This document shows, in pieces, positions 13,107 to 26,159 of a DNA stretch of 64,000 nucleotides; positions within the stretch are counted from its first letter, which is position 1, and each line of letters opens with the position of its first letter. This DNA comes from Podarcis pityusensis. Lineage: Eukaryota. Position numbers and translations under genes: made by a program. The DNA lies in the NCBI GenBank assembly GCA_964106645.2, contig OZ067051.1. One strand, given 5' to 3'. The notes beneath the pieces are model-generated. The model did no database searches. It was not told the origin of the DNA and saw nothing but the letters and a program-made list of their open reading frames with translations.

Positions 13107-16100
13107 CAGTACAATACGGCCTTTCCCACCCATCTTCATTGGCAAGAAGCTAGAATGGATAAATATAGACTCAGGCATATCAAGGAAAGGCTCATAGGAA
13201 AAACAATAGGTCACCCAACAAATAACAACCACAGTGTGTGATACATAGTGGCCCTCCCACTTTTCTAGGAAGGCCCTTCTATAAGATGTAAGCATTGTAA
13301 GGGGTGGCTTCACAGAAAGAAAATAGCAACCACCAAAAGGGGAACTGCTGAGACTGTCAACACCAAACCCAACTGACAACAGCAGAGGAAGGCAAAAGGG
13401 ACAGACATCTCCATCATCCCCAATGGCAGCCAAAGGTTTGACCCTCCCTGCCATTAGAACCCCCTTTCATTATAATCAGGCAGGTGTCTATCTACTGTCT
13501 CGTTGGACCTATTGAATATTTTCCTTTATATAAATAATTTCATTTCATTTTGGGATGTTTTGCTTTAAAGGTGATTGGAAAAGGGAATGTATTAAATGGG
13601 TGTCCAAACGATTGCAAAGGTGGTATGTGTCAGATATGTAATGAGAGGAAGTTCCAAAAGGTATACCATGCTATCTATCTATCATCTATCTATATGTATC
13701 TATATCGATTATCCATCTTTATGCATTTTAAAATGATATTCCATGACTTTAGTCTGAAAGGTCACATTCCACCCTACCATTTCAGGGTTCTACCACTCCA
13801 TTATGTGCATATATAGTTCAGTCCATAGTCACTATATCCCACTTCAGAGTCACAAGAAACTCTCAAGGAGACTTATAAAAGATCCTGAAAATAAGATCAC
13901 ATTCCAGTTTGATGCAGCAACAAAAATTGCATGGTGTCTATATGGGACCTAGATCGTCCTGTCTCTCCCTGGTGTCATTCCAGGTAGCGCTATCTCTCTC
14001 TCTCCCTCCCTCCCTCCCTCCCTTCCTCTCCCCCTCCCTCTCTCAGATTTATCAATCCTACAAACTCACCCATTGCAAAGGCACTTTAGAGATGGCAAAA
14101 GATGCATAGCAAGGCTATTTGTACAACTAAATCTGAACCATCATATTTTTATCTCTTTGTAACGAGTCCTGAGATTTCTCAGATTAAATTTCCTGGAAAC
14201 ACTGCTGGATCTGAAAAGAGATTTCAAGCAGAAATACTTACAACTCAGTGGCAGATTTTTTATGGTCAAGCCACTTTGCGCTCACAAAGAATACAAAAGC
14301 CAGCCATGGACTTCAATGAATGGGATGGGGTGGGGGAATAATAACAGCTCCTCTACAATGACTCCAAAACCCATAGATTGGCTTCAGCAGGAGGAAACTT
14401 GTGTGCTATGACATTTTACAGCATCAATAATTCAAGGAGAGAGGAAATCTGATTTGCTGAACATTAGTGCACAGATGTCTCAGGAAAATGCAATGCCGAT
14501 TACCTTTTAAATGAGGCTGTTAGCTTGTGTTTGGTATTTTGTTCTTTGGTGACTGGCGAATCAACAGCTTTGCAAAACCCCAGGGTTGCAGCGTGTGAAG
14601 TCGGCTTATATGTGAAACCTTTTCTCCTCTATGGTTCAAGGTGATATGGCTTGCTGAAAACGCCAGGCATGGGCAGTGCTCCAGCTAGACAGGGAAAGTG
14701 GGACTCAACCTCTTACAATATCTGATGGCCCTCTTATTAGAATTTTAGGAGGCTACAGAAGGTACAATTTGGTTAAAACAGGAGGGAGCTGTGGGATGTG
14801 TGTGTGTGTTGGAAATTTCATTACAGACACCTCTACCTCCTACCACTCACCAAAGTTCAAAAAATGATCAAATCGAACATTGGGGTTCTTCTTAAATTGT
14901 CAGCAAAGTACTGAATACCAGTTACTGGAAATCACATCTGGGAAGAGTGCTGTTATGCTCCAGTCCAGCTTACAGGCTTCCCACAGGCATCTGGTTGGCC
15001 ACTGTCAGAAGAGGATGCTGGACTAGATGGGCCACAACTATTATGGTATAGTGGACAGAATACTCAATTAGGACTGCAGGGGGCACAGTTCAAATTCTTA
15101 CACAGCTATGAAGTTCACTGTCTGTTGTTAGGCCAGCCAGTCACTTTCAGACACCTCTCGGGGTTTGGGTGAAGATAAAATTATGGTGGTTGTGTGACCA
15201 TGTACACTGGTTCAAGCTCCTTGGAAGAAGGACAGTATTGGAAAAAATGGACTGCTACTAACAACACACTTTGCATGTGTACAGCTTAGTTGGTGAGCAA
15301 AGGCACCAGAAGCTCTGATTTCAAGTTCAATCTGGGGTTGCAATTAATATGTACCATTTCTGTATTCCCTTTGAAAGACACATTCAACACAGCTAAACAA
15401 ATAAAAGTGGGTAGGAAGTTTGGCTATTCATGCTTGTGAACAATGCTTCATGCAACCAAGGGCAAGAACCAGGGTGACTTGGGAAGTGGACATGGAAAGT
15501 GTTAAGTTGGAGGAAGACGTGGCTGACATACTGCGAATTCCCATTCCTGGGGCAAAAACCACAGATTGCGCATTGCAGGTAGGTGCCTTGAGCAAGCAGC
15601 AGTCATGAGAACATTAGCACTGAACCTATGGGGAAAAGTGGAGAACACAGACACAATAAGTTGCCCCATTCTGTTAATTATGGGTAATAATTAACAGAAT
15701 TATTCTTCCTTTTCTAAGAAGAAAAGGGAAATGGTGTGTTTCACAAATATTTTAATAAGCAGCAAAAGGCAAACCCCCCTTTTTGTCTATTTTTATAGGA
15801 ATGCTCAGGAAGGGACGAAAGTTCATATTTAGGGGTCATGCGAAAAAAGTTTGTTTCCTCTCTTCCATTGTTGCTTGGATATGTCACCCATGCAACCAGT
15901 AAAGGAAGCATTGCCCTTACTCTAAATCAGCCTAGTTTGCCTTCAGCAATACTAGCATGTAATAAAATCTGACCTAAAGTTATCATAGCACTATGTGATC
16001 CCTGATTAGCTGGAACCACCCTGTCAAGTTGAAGGCTGCTCCCAAAAGAGGGGAGGGGAATGGTATTGAAGGTGCAGAGAAGAGTTTTTTTCAACGGGGG

Positions 16101-17459
16101 GTGGGAAATGTTTCAGAGCAGCTCCTGAAAAGCATTAGTTCTAAATCAAAATGAGGGGCTACCTGTTGCAGTGTTAACAATAAAGCACTTGCACTGCTCA
16201 ATGATAATTTAGATCTAAATTATACTACTTACAAAAGGTCACAGTTGTAGCACTTTTCAATGGGGAAAATAATGTTCTATTAAGCCAATGTAACAGCATG
16301 CATGGAATGTGCAGGGAAAAAGTAAAATATTCATTGCAGAAACTGCATTCTAAAATATGCAATGCCAGTGGCAGTATGGCAGAGGGAGGCAGAAATAGAA
16401 ACAGAAATAAAGGAATAGGCATCACACAACTAGAGTAGGGCAGCTCATTCCATGTCAGTTTCACACATGCTCATTCGTAAATCTGTTCCATCATGTTTCT
16501 GTTATCTATTTGTGATTTATTTTTAAAAGCATGAAATTCACATTATTTAATTTTTCTCACAAAGCACTTATTTTGTATGCATTTTAATCTTAAAATGTGT
16601 ATTTTAGATGCATTTTGTTATGGGTTGTTGGGTTTTTTTGAGCTAAAAATCATATCACAGCATTCAGCAAACTGCAAGGAAATTACAGATAACTGTATGT
16701 CAGCCCAGGGATTTCAAGTCAGGTTGCTTCACTTTAAAAAGCTTGAGCCCTAGGTTGGAGTCATCAACTAGCTTTCAGAGATGAAGTCCTTCACCCTTAG
16801 AGAGATAAGCCAATTGTCACTCCCGTGGTTGCCCTGCTTCTTTCAGCAATGTTCGTCTGGGTTCTCTTTATATGCACAGTGAGAAGCACTTGTCAGCAGC
16901 AAAGAATATTTCACCATCTTGATTTACAACACCTTGAGGGGATTAAATGGGATGGAAGGGAAGGAACAAGCTAAACTGCCTGTAAGTTCAGCAGAGCAAA
17001 CAGTGTCAATTCAGCGAGACCTTACTTGGGTAGGGTCAGCTTTGCCCACTCCTGGGACAACTTCCCATGACCTTTAATTTCTGGGGGATTGGGAGAATGG
17101 AACTCCCAAGGCTCCAGGTAAGAGTTGCAAGAGACCGCCCCTCACACCCCATGCACCTTACCAAGGCATCACAATGAGCTCTGCTGTAAAATTCACTGCA
17201 CAGAGGTTAATCTAGATGTCAACACTGCCTGACAGCGGTGAAATTACTCCAGGGTAGTGCTCCTTCTGAAGTCTTAATATAACAGTCAATTCCATCCTGT
17301 CTGCAGGAAATGAAAGTTTTCTGCTTTGCGCGCCGATTCATTCAGCACCAATTTCCTCGCAGTTTGAAGTCCAAACTGTTTGTGGTCTTGGGATTCACCT
17401 CACATTAAGACTTTCGCTTGGTTTGAAATGTCTGATCATCAGGCAAGAAGGCGCCATGA

Positions 17460-17822
17460 GACGGGATGTTTGACAAGAAGAGAAGGGCATGGTTCACAAC
17501 AGCACATAGTTAAACTGCGGAACTCACTCCAACCCGGAGGCTGAGACGGTCACCAACTGGGATGGTTTCAAAAGTGGATTAAGCAAATTCACGGAGGAGA
17601 AGGCTATCACTGTTTACGAGCCACAATGCCTATGTTCTACCTCCACAAGTTGAAGGCAGTAATGCTTCTGAATACCTGTTGCAGGAAACTACAGGAGGGG
17701 AGAGTGTTTCTGTGCCCAGGTCCTGCTTGCAAGTTTCCCACAGAGATCTGTTTGGCCACTGTGAGAACCAGATACTAGATTAGATGGGTCAGTGGCTTGC
17801 TCTGGCAGGCTCTTATGTTCTT
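17460..17822 (+). mobile_element. CR1-like LINE 3' end (second family)
   Basis: Ends ...GGCCACTGTGAGAAC...CTAGATGGG...CTCTTATGTTCTTA. Related pieces at about 14905-15035, 40225-40622 (-), 41580-41730 (-), 54890-55040 and 62390-62500 (-). Confidence 0.7.
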
Positions 17823-19469
17823 AAGTGCAGGCCTATTGTGTGTGTGTGTGGGGGGGGGGGATGAGGGACAGCAGAACGAATGTTTCCACTAATAACAAAC
17901 TCATACTTTGTGTCAGTTTCCCCCTTGTTTTAATGGGATCGTTTCATTGAACATTCTGATTACTGGTGTTTAAATTTTAATGTACATAAAAAATGCAAAG
18001 AACACTGGGGTAAAACTCTTTAACTTCATGTACTAGTTTTGTATGTGCAGGGAGATTTCTTTTAATATGTATCCATGACTCCCACCCCCATTATAGTACA
18101 GTCCAGTGAAAGCTGTACCATGTGACTATTCTGATACTTTTTTTAAAGTGTCCCTTAAACTATCTAAACATCAGGCAGCAACTTCCCAGGGAGTAGAGAA
18201 CCTGAACAAGAGAGTGAGATTTGAGATTGTTCCACCCTCCTGCTGTTCTGATTTCTTTCAGAAGCATTGTAGTTGGCTCCCGCTAAGAAGCCAGTAGCTT
18301 CAGTGATGGAGGGAGGGAGGAACACCTCTTCAGAAGAACTGCTGCTGTTTAGGCCATAAGATCACTTGCTTTGTTGTCATTGGCAGATTAGACCCCACAG
18401 GGAAATCCTACATGCGGATGACAGGCAAAGATTGGGGTTGCCTGTGCTGGTGTCAGGCCTTATTTGCTTCACCTCCCCCCCAACCAAGAATGCTAAGGTC
18501 AGTTGTTTATAGAAAAGTGAGGGGGGCATGAAAAGGAGGTCATCTGATTGATCTGAAGATGGCGCTGAATTTGGGGCCAATGGGGCGTCAAAGGTGGCAG
18601 AAATGAAAATGACCTATCAGGTAACCCAGTCTGCCTCCCAGAGGGCAAAGTGAAATTGTTCTCTGTGGTATGTTTGCTATCCCTGTGTTGGCTTTACGTT
18701 ACCGACATAGCAAACAGCAATATTTTTGCAACTTGCATTGGGAAAACAGTCCCGTGTCAGATATAAGTATAGAAAGAAAGCAGGGGGGACTATAAAGAGC
18801 ATTTACTGAGTCAAGGACATCTGGAATAAATTGCTTCATCCTGCCAGAAGTGATGGATACAAAAGTGGTGCTGGACTCACAGGGCTTGAAGAAGAGACCC
18901 AGTGGGAGAGGTATAGATTTGGTAATTCAGCAAGGTGGACCTCTGGTCTCTCCAGGTTCTGTGGGACTCCAGTATTCATTGGCCCCAGCTAGGATGACTA
19001 ATTGTCAGGGATGAATGATGGAAGCTGCAGTCCAGTAACATCTGGAGGGTGAAAGGTTTCTCACTCCTGCCCTGTTCCATCGGCTGTAAGACAGAACCTC
19101 ACAAATGCTACAGACAGGAATCCTTCTGGTTATAGGAACCAGGTGACCCTAGAGAGTCAAGGCAAGAGAGCCTGTTATAGAGTTTTACCTCCAACACACA
19201 CTCAGCCTAGCCAACTCATCACTATTGGAAACATCTCCCACTGGTACCCCTACTTCTCTGACATCCAGATATTTGCTGTTTCTCCAGCTGTTGGCACCTG
19301 GGTTTGTAAGCACTAGGCTCTGGGTGTCCAAGAGCCTTTAAATCAGAGCTGTTTGCCGCCTAATATGCACCAGTTGTACCAGCCCCATGCGAAAGACCTT
19401 ACCAAGAGCATTCTAGGATACCTCACCCTTACATTACAAAGTGCAGATCTACCTGATTAGATGAGCAAA

Positions 19470-19935
19470 GTCTGCTTTGGTATGTCTTGTTGCCGGAGGA
19501 TCTGCATAACAAGGAAGTTGAATCTGGAGAAGGGGATCAAAGGCTTTACAAAAAACAATAAAACAATTGGAACTTTGTGTTTGCATGTTGCCAGGGGATG
19601 AGGTTCTTTTAAGGAACACTGTAATAATTTTAAACTAATGTCCATGTAGCTTGGCAATGTGAAGAGTAATTATATTGGATCTATCCATTGTAATAGTACA
19701 AGCAGTAACTGAAATATGAACAGCCGATGGAAAAGGATAAAGGAAACAAATAATTAATGATAAAATGTTAAACTATTTTAAGTAAAGGATTGGGAAGTAA
19801 TGTATGTAGTATGATGCAGCAAGAAGGGAAAGACCGCAAAACAGGGTAGGAAGTCCGTTTTGTATTAAATGGTATTAACCGGATGTAAAGCTGTTTAATT
19901 TTTTTGAAAACTAATAAAAATTCATTGGCAAAAAA
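19470..19935 (+). mobile_element. Probable L1 3' end
   Basis: A-rich segment ending ...GAAAACTAATAAAAATTCATTGGCAAAAAA, typical of squamate L1 3' UTRs. Confidence 0.45.
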
Positions 19936-21652
19936 GGAAAGACAAATAAAAGTGTGGCAGCCTGGAACCAATGGGAATTGCGAGAATTAAATGATGAGCC
20001 ATGTTTTAGTGCCTGGATTCAAAATGCAGTATAATCGGTGCAATACAAATCAATTATATTTGCCTAGAACTGACCGCACGCATGTGGCCATGGCCATGGC
20101 AAAAGGTTGCAGAATTTACATAGGAAGCTGCCTTAAACAGAGTCAGACCACTGGTCCATCTAGCTGAGTATCTTCTACACTGTCTGGCTTTGGCTCTCCT
20201 AAGATTCAGACTGGGAATATTCCCAGCCTTACCAGCAGATGCCAGAAATTAAATCTTTCCATATGCAAAATGGATGCGCTACCACTGAGCTATAGCCCTT
20301 TCCAATATTCACAGAAAACAAAGAGCCAAATTACACGTGATCTTAACTGCACAGCTCTGCCTAGAGAACAGATCCTCATACATTCTTTTTTTTGGGGGAG
20401 GGGTTATCTGGATTTGGGGTCCACGCCTGCAATGAACATTGAAAAATGAACAAAATATGTAAAAAGGTATTTAAATACTATATAAATAAACATTTTATCC
20501 TCATATATTTCAACTAGATTAGATTAATTCAATTTATCTAGCGCTTCACACAAAAGGAGCCCCAGAGCGATTTACAAGGACACCAACATTCAATATGCAA
20601 TAATAAAAAATCCATTAAAATGAAACAAATACACTAAAAGGGTTTATCCACAAAAGATGCACAGTATGTAGAAAAGCCAATCCAAGCCACAATGTCCTAT
20701 TTGCAATGGCAGGTGGATGCCGTCAACTTCTCTTCACATTTAAATGTCCGTACGCATCTACAAAATTCAGTTCACCTTGATGACTGGGCAGTTAGGATCT
20801 CCTATAAGTGAAAACATATTCAACTGATGTGGAAGATAATGGCTGTACACTAGGCAAAAAACTTACGGAGGTAGATCTGGAATACCTCAACTGGCTGATT
20901 GACAGGTGAGCTATCTCAAATGTAAGCTGTCAGAGTAATGACGTAAAAGCAGAGGTATGGAACTGTTTTCCACCTGGGGACCATATTCCCTTCTGGGGGC
21001 CACATGCAACTGACAGGCAGGGCCAGAGGCAAAAGTGTAAATAAAAGCAATTAATGTTACGTTTTATGTTTGACCAGAGGCTAGTTTCTACACTCCCCCC
21101 TCTGTCCTCCATCTATGGAAGTAGGAAATACCAGCCAAAAACATTTGGAGTGCAAAGTAGTGCCAGTGAGGGGTGTAGCCTGGAGAAAAGAGGTGTGGCT
21201 TGGGAAGAGGTGCAAGGCCCCAGAGGGGCACATTTGGCCCGCAGGCCTGGTGCAAAGTACTAGCAGGTGATATATGTTGAGTTACATGATAAGCAAAGTC
21301 ATGCAATTTATTTTTTACTTTACAGTTATGATCCTTCTTTTAATCCTTCTTTTAATCCCTATTATTGTTATTATTATTATTATTCACTCTTCTCTATAAG
21401 GTCCTAGGATAGTTTACAACAATTAAAAAATACAATATTAAAAACATCGTTAATATTACTGTTAACAGTAATTTTAACAGTATTAGCACTAGTCTACAAG
21501 TATATGCTGCCAGGTGGAATTTTTCTTGCTTCTTGCATAGAAAAGAACTCTTCCCTGCCCCGCCACTAGCAGTTTAAGGAGTTCAATCCTACCTTACTCT
21601 GTGACATAACAGTTTAAGTTTTTTTTCTTTTTTAAAAATAGAAATGGTAGTA

Positions 21653-21902
21653 CAGCTGTACCTTGGTTTTTGAACAGCTTAGATTTCGAACATTTTGGTT
21701 CCCGAACGCCACAAACCCAGAAGTGAGTGTTCCGGTTTATGAACTACCTTTGGAACCCGAACGTCCTTCGGGGCTTCCATGGCTTTTGATTGGCTGCAGG
21801 AGCTTCCTGCAGCCAATCAGGAGCCACACTTTGGTTTTTGAACGTTTTGGAAGTCGGCTGGACTTCCAAAATGGATTCCGTTCAACTTCCAAGGTACGAC
21901 TG
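21653..21902. mobile_element. Tc1/mariner (Tigger-like) MITE
   Basis: TIRs CAGCTGTACCTTGG / CCAAGGTACGACTG with TA on both sides and an internal palindrome. Confidence 0.88.
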
Positions 21903-22255
21903 TACATTCAGACATTGGGTGCTCGTTGGGACTGGTAGGGTAGAAAGGAAGGATCCCCAACAGTAGGCCGATTCAGAGCCATTGGCAGGCAGAGCCAACT
22001 AACTCTGGTTTTATCCCCATCCTCTTCCCTGCTGAGTTCTACGTAGGGCAGCACTGAGACTTAACTGACCAGATTTAACTGACCAGCAGTGCAGCCTCTG
22101 GGGCTGGTTGTAAGTAGGAAGGCAGGTGGGCAGGTAGGGCTGTCTGAGGACTGTCTGAGGTTACTGGGGCCATGCCCTATTTTCCCTGATATCCCAGTCT
22201 CCACTGTTTGATTGATCCCCCACAGTCAGAAGTGATACAGTTGAAAAAACAGCTA

Positions 22256-22516
22256 CCATATTTTTCACTCCATAAGACGCACCAGACCATAAGACGCACC
22301 TAGTTTTTGGAGGAGGAAAACAAGGAAAAAAAATATTCTGAATCTCAGAAGCCAGAACAGCAAGAGGGATCGCTGCGCAGTGAAAGCAGCAATCCCTCTT
22401 GCTGTTCTGGCTTTTGGGATAGCTGCGCAGCCTGCATTCACCCCATAAGACGCCACACACATTTCCCCTTACTTTTTAGGAGGGAAAAAGTGAGTGTTCT
22501 AGAGCAAAAAATATGG
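22256..22516. mobile_element. pogo/Tigger-like MITE
   Basis: TIRs CCATATTTTTCACTC / GAGCAAAAAATATGG flanked by TA, with repeated ATAAGACGC subterminal motifs. Confidence 0.85.
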
Positions 22517-25500
22517 TAATTATACAGGAGTCTACTGATTGTGCTTAAGCCACATGAGGTCTGCAACTGGGCAAGCTGCTGTCTTCACAGAATAGGTACC
22601 TAAAATGTTTGTGTGTGTGTGACTATTTGTCTGCAGAATGGCTCTGAGTTAGCACAAAAAACGGGGAGGGGGTATAAGGCTTCTTTATAAAAATATGTAG
22701 CCTTAATAAAGCTGCCCAGTAAATCCTTAATAGGCTATACCAAGTATAAAGGAATGACAAGTACATTACATTTGATTGACATCCGCATTTAAAAATTAAT
22801 ACTGCCTTCACTCTCTCCTGCCAAGACTGGAGTTGAGGGCTGCATGTTTCACCATTGGCAATATCACTAAAGCCCAACCACAAAGGCAATGTTTGGGTCA
22901 TAGCAGCCAGAAGCCTTTTTTAAGAAAAGGGAGGGAGGGAGAAAAGGTTGCTTTTTTTGCTGTGTATTTTTGTTGTCTGGGCCTTGTAGAGTCAACATCA
23001 CTCAGCCTTTACTGCTGCAGCTTGCATTTCATACCAGAAAAACTGGCATTTGAGCTCTGTCTTTCCTATTCTGTTTTCTCCCCCGGATAAAATCTCCTCT
23101 GCTTTGATTACAGCCTTGGCTTCTTGTTTTCCATCTCCTAAGTGTTTGCCCAAGATTATGGCCAGATTTCCCAGAAATTCCAGGACACACAACTATGTTA
23201 GGGGTGATTTATTGTTTGATTTTCTTCCTTTTTTTTGCTAACGGTGACACACAGGATTCAAATACTAAATGAATGGGCTCCTCAAAGCATTGTAGCATGA
23301 CTTAGGGTGCAAAGCAAATTTCTGAGCTCTGGGTGCAGTACTGCGTCTAAGATTTCAGATTAAAATTGCCACTGCTGGAAGGAAAGGAGGAACTTTTTCT
23401 GCCTCCCCACTTCCAGCTACTCTCTGAAGGCTGGAGAAGAGACCCTTTTAAGAAGATTGGGGGTGGGGGTGGGCAGGGGAAGGACTAGGCCATGTGAAAA
23501 ATGAACACAATGTTTTAGCTGCAGTTCATTCATTTTCGGCTTTGTATTCTTGTTATAAAAAAAGTGTGCCTAGACATTCCATTGTTGCGCTCATAACCTA
23601 GGTATAAGGTGCCATTTAGCTCCTAGCTTTCATATCTCAGTTTCTAACACTGTAAAGGACTTGATGGAAGCCCTGTGGCCAGCAGGACACCAGATATGTC
23701 GCTCCCACAGCACATGTACCAGCAGAACAGCTCAGATATGCCAAGAGTGAGGGACCAGCACAGATATGCTGATGGAATGGCTGAAACAGGATGGAGTCAT
23801 GTTGGGGGGTGTATAGGGCAAAGGGAAGAAGCACATCAATGCTGTAACCTATGCCTCAGGGGTCAGAAACTTTCCCCCCCAGCCTGAGACCCACATTTCC
23901 TTCTGTGAAACCTTCCAGAAACTACTTGCAAGTGGCAGAGGAAACTGTGGGTTTGAAAACAAATGGAAGTTACACTTCTGTACAGTAATCAGAGTTCAAG
24001 GGCACATTCCAACCAGTCAAAAGCATGGCAGGAGGATGGAGAGGAGAGCCAATGTGGGTTTAGGGTGGTGAAGGTAGGTGGCTTGGGGAGAGTCCTGAGG
24101 GCCAGTCAGAAAGCCTTGGAGGGCTGCATTCAGCTCACAAGCCAGAGATTCCTTGCTCCTCCTATACCTCTTCAGTCTACAGCCAGGTCCCAGTGCCAGA
24201 CCTGGTGTAATAAATTTTTCCCCCTTTGCATTGTGTCCGATGCTAGTCCTACTCAGAGCAGACTGACTTGCTGAAGTTAATAAACAAGTTCGTTCATTTC
24301 AGTGGGTTTATTCTGCATAGGACTAGGATTGAATACAATCTCTTGACTGCCAATGGGAAAGAGGGGTTCTTTATTTCAGATTTTAATTGGAGGAGAGAAT
24401 GGCTCTTGTTTGGAATATAGGTATGGATTGCATGTGTCAAATTCACTTTCAAAAACAGGCATTTAAGAAGCTTCCTTTAACCACATTGCTAATAAATTGT
24501 GACTGGACATGTGTTGTGTGTGAGCACACTTTTGCCGTGGACAACCTAAATTTGGAGAGAAGTAGGTGCTGAGTTTTGGACAAAGGAGGGGGCTCTAGAA
24601 ATAAGTGTTCTCTTCCCTGTCCCCACAAGCAAATAATTGACTTACCCAAATTGCAGTGGGTAAGTATTAGCTGGGAGCCACCTATTGGAAGCCAACAGTA
24701 CAGGTGACTGGAAGGGTAATGGTTGAGGGCCCACTGAGGAATTATATCCCAGGTAGGGGCAATTGCTGGCAAGTGCAGGACAAACTACTGAAACTAGGGT
24801 TGCCATATTTTAAACAGTGAAAATCTGGACAGAAACATTGTTGAGCTTTGGGGGGGGGGGGCTAAGTTGTTTTGTTGAGCTATTTTTATGGGAAATTGGC
24901 AAAAATGGCACTGCCGAAATTTTCCTGATTTCCAACTGGACAATGGTATTCTAGATATCTCCAGGAAATCCCAGGAGTATGAAAACCTACTGAAACCTAC
25001 CCCTAGTCCTGAACTGGGAGCTGTCCATGGTACATGACATGATTTACGCAGCTCCGAAAGGCCTCCTGACCTGCCAATTGGGCTGAGTAGCAATTGAAAC
25101 ACATTCAGCTGATAGAGTGAATGGCAGAGCTTCACCATACTGAATACTCATCTCATCATTAAAACCCTGAATTATAGGAAGCCATCCCTCTCTTCAGTAC
25201 TTAGGGAACCCTTAACCTTTCCAGACTCACATAAGCTTCACTTCCAACAAAAGCTTTCCAGTGGGTCAAACAGTGCTTAGACTTTCCAGTTGAAGCAAAA
25301 CTGCCCCAGAAAGATCCCAAGAAATGTACTGATGCTTCTGCAGCCCATCAAACCACAACAGACCTCCCTCCTGCTAACCAATACCCTACAAGTGGCTTTG
25401 AATGAGACAGGAGACATGCATTAATGGTGAATTACTTCACCTTGATCTTTACTAAATCTCTCGTTCAAAATAAACTATCAATTTGTGTTTGATAGTTCTT

Positions 25501-25887
25501 TTCATTATTTATCATCACAGTTGCTCTTGGTGGGGCTAATCATAGGACCAGGTGAGTGCATGAATCTCTGTCTCCAGGATGTCTCTCTGCAAATGGCAGC
25601 CTCCCGTTCTGCCTGGGTCATTCATTCTTACCCATGCTGCCATTCATCCCTAAACTACCGCCCTCAGTTCAGTTCCATGAACACCATACAAAAAGAGTAT
25701 ACTTCACATCCTATGGAATGTTTAAGGAGGGATAATTCCAGTTTGCAAAAATGCTGCAGAAAGGTGGTGAGTAATGAAGAATGCAGATGGTGGAGCTGAG
25801 ATTGAAAAATAACAGTCTGGATTATTATAGACCGTAAAGGAAAATGTGAGACTCGGGGGGGGGTGGGGGGGAATGACATCCTCTACA

Positions 25888-26030
25888 CCAGGGCTGAGGA
25901 ACTCATGGTCCTCCAGATGTTGCTGGACTACAAGTCCCATCATCTCTGCCCACTGGCCATGCTGGCTGGGGTTGATGGGAGCTGCAGTCCCTATGTTGTT
26001 ATCTGAAGGCCACAGGCTCCCCACTCCTGC
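25888..26030. mobile_element. Short palindromic hAT-like MITE (representative copy)
   Basis: Hairpin CCAGATGTTGCTGGACTACAAGTCCCATC...GATGGGAGCTGCAGTCC...ATCTG. Other copies at about 1315, 1830, 2225, 9150, 11420, 18935 and 60655. Confidence 0.75.
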
Positions 26031-26122
26031 TATAAACCTTAGATGGGCAACAAATTTTCCACATGTTAATTATATTTATTTATTGAATCCATAGCATCCC
26101 CTTCCTCCCGAAGGAGCCTGGG

Positions 26123-26125
26123 ATA

Positions 26126-26159
<34 letters not shown>
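26123..26159. repeat. (ATT)n microsatellite, likely an L2 tail
   Basis: Read directly. Adjacent GCCCACCCATCTGGCTGGG is an antisense L2 end. Confidence 0.9.

Noticed and set aside
12944-13454. Poly-L and poly-S ORFs
   Set aside because: Translations of the (GAA)n microsatellite.
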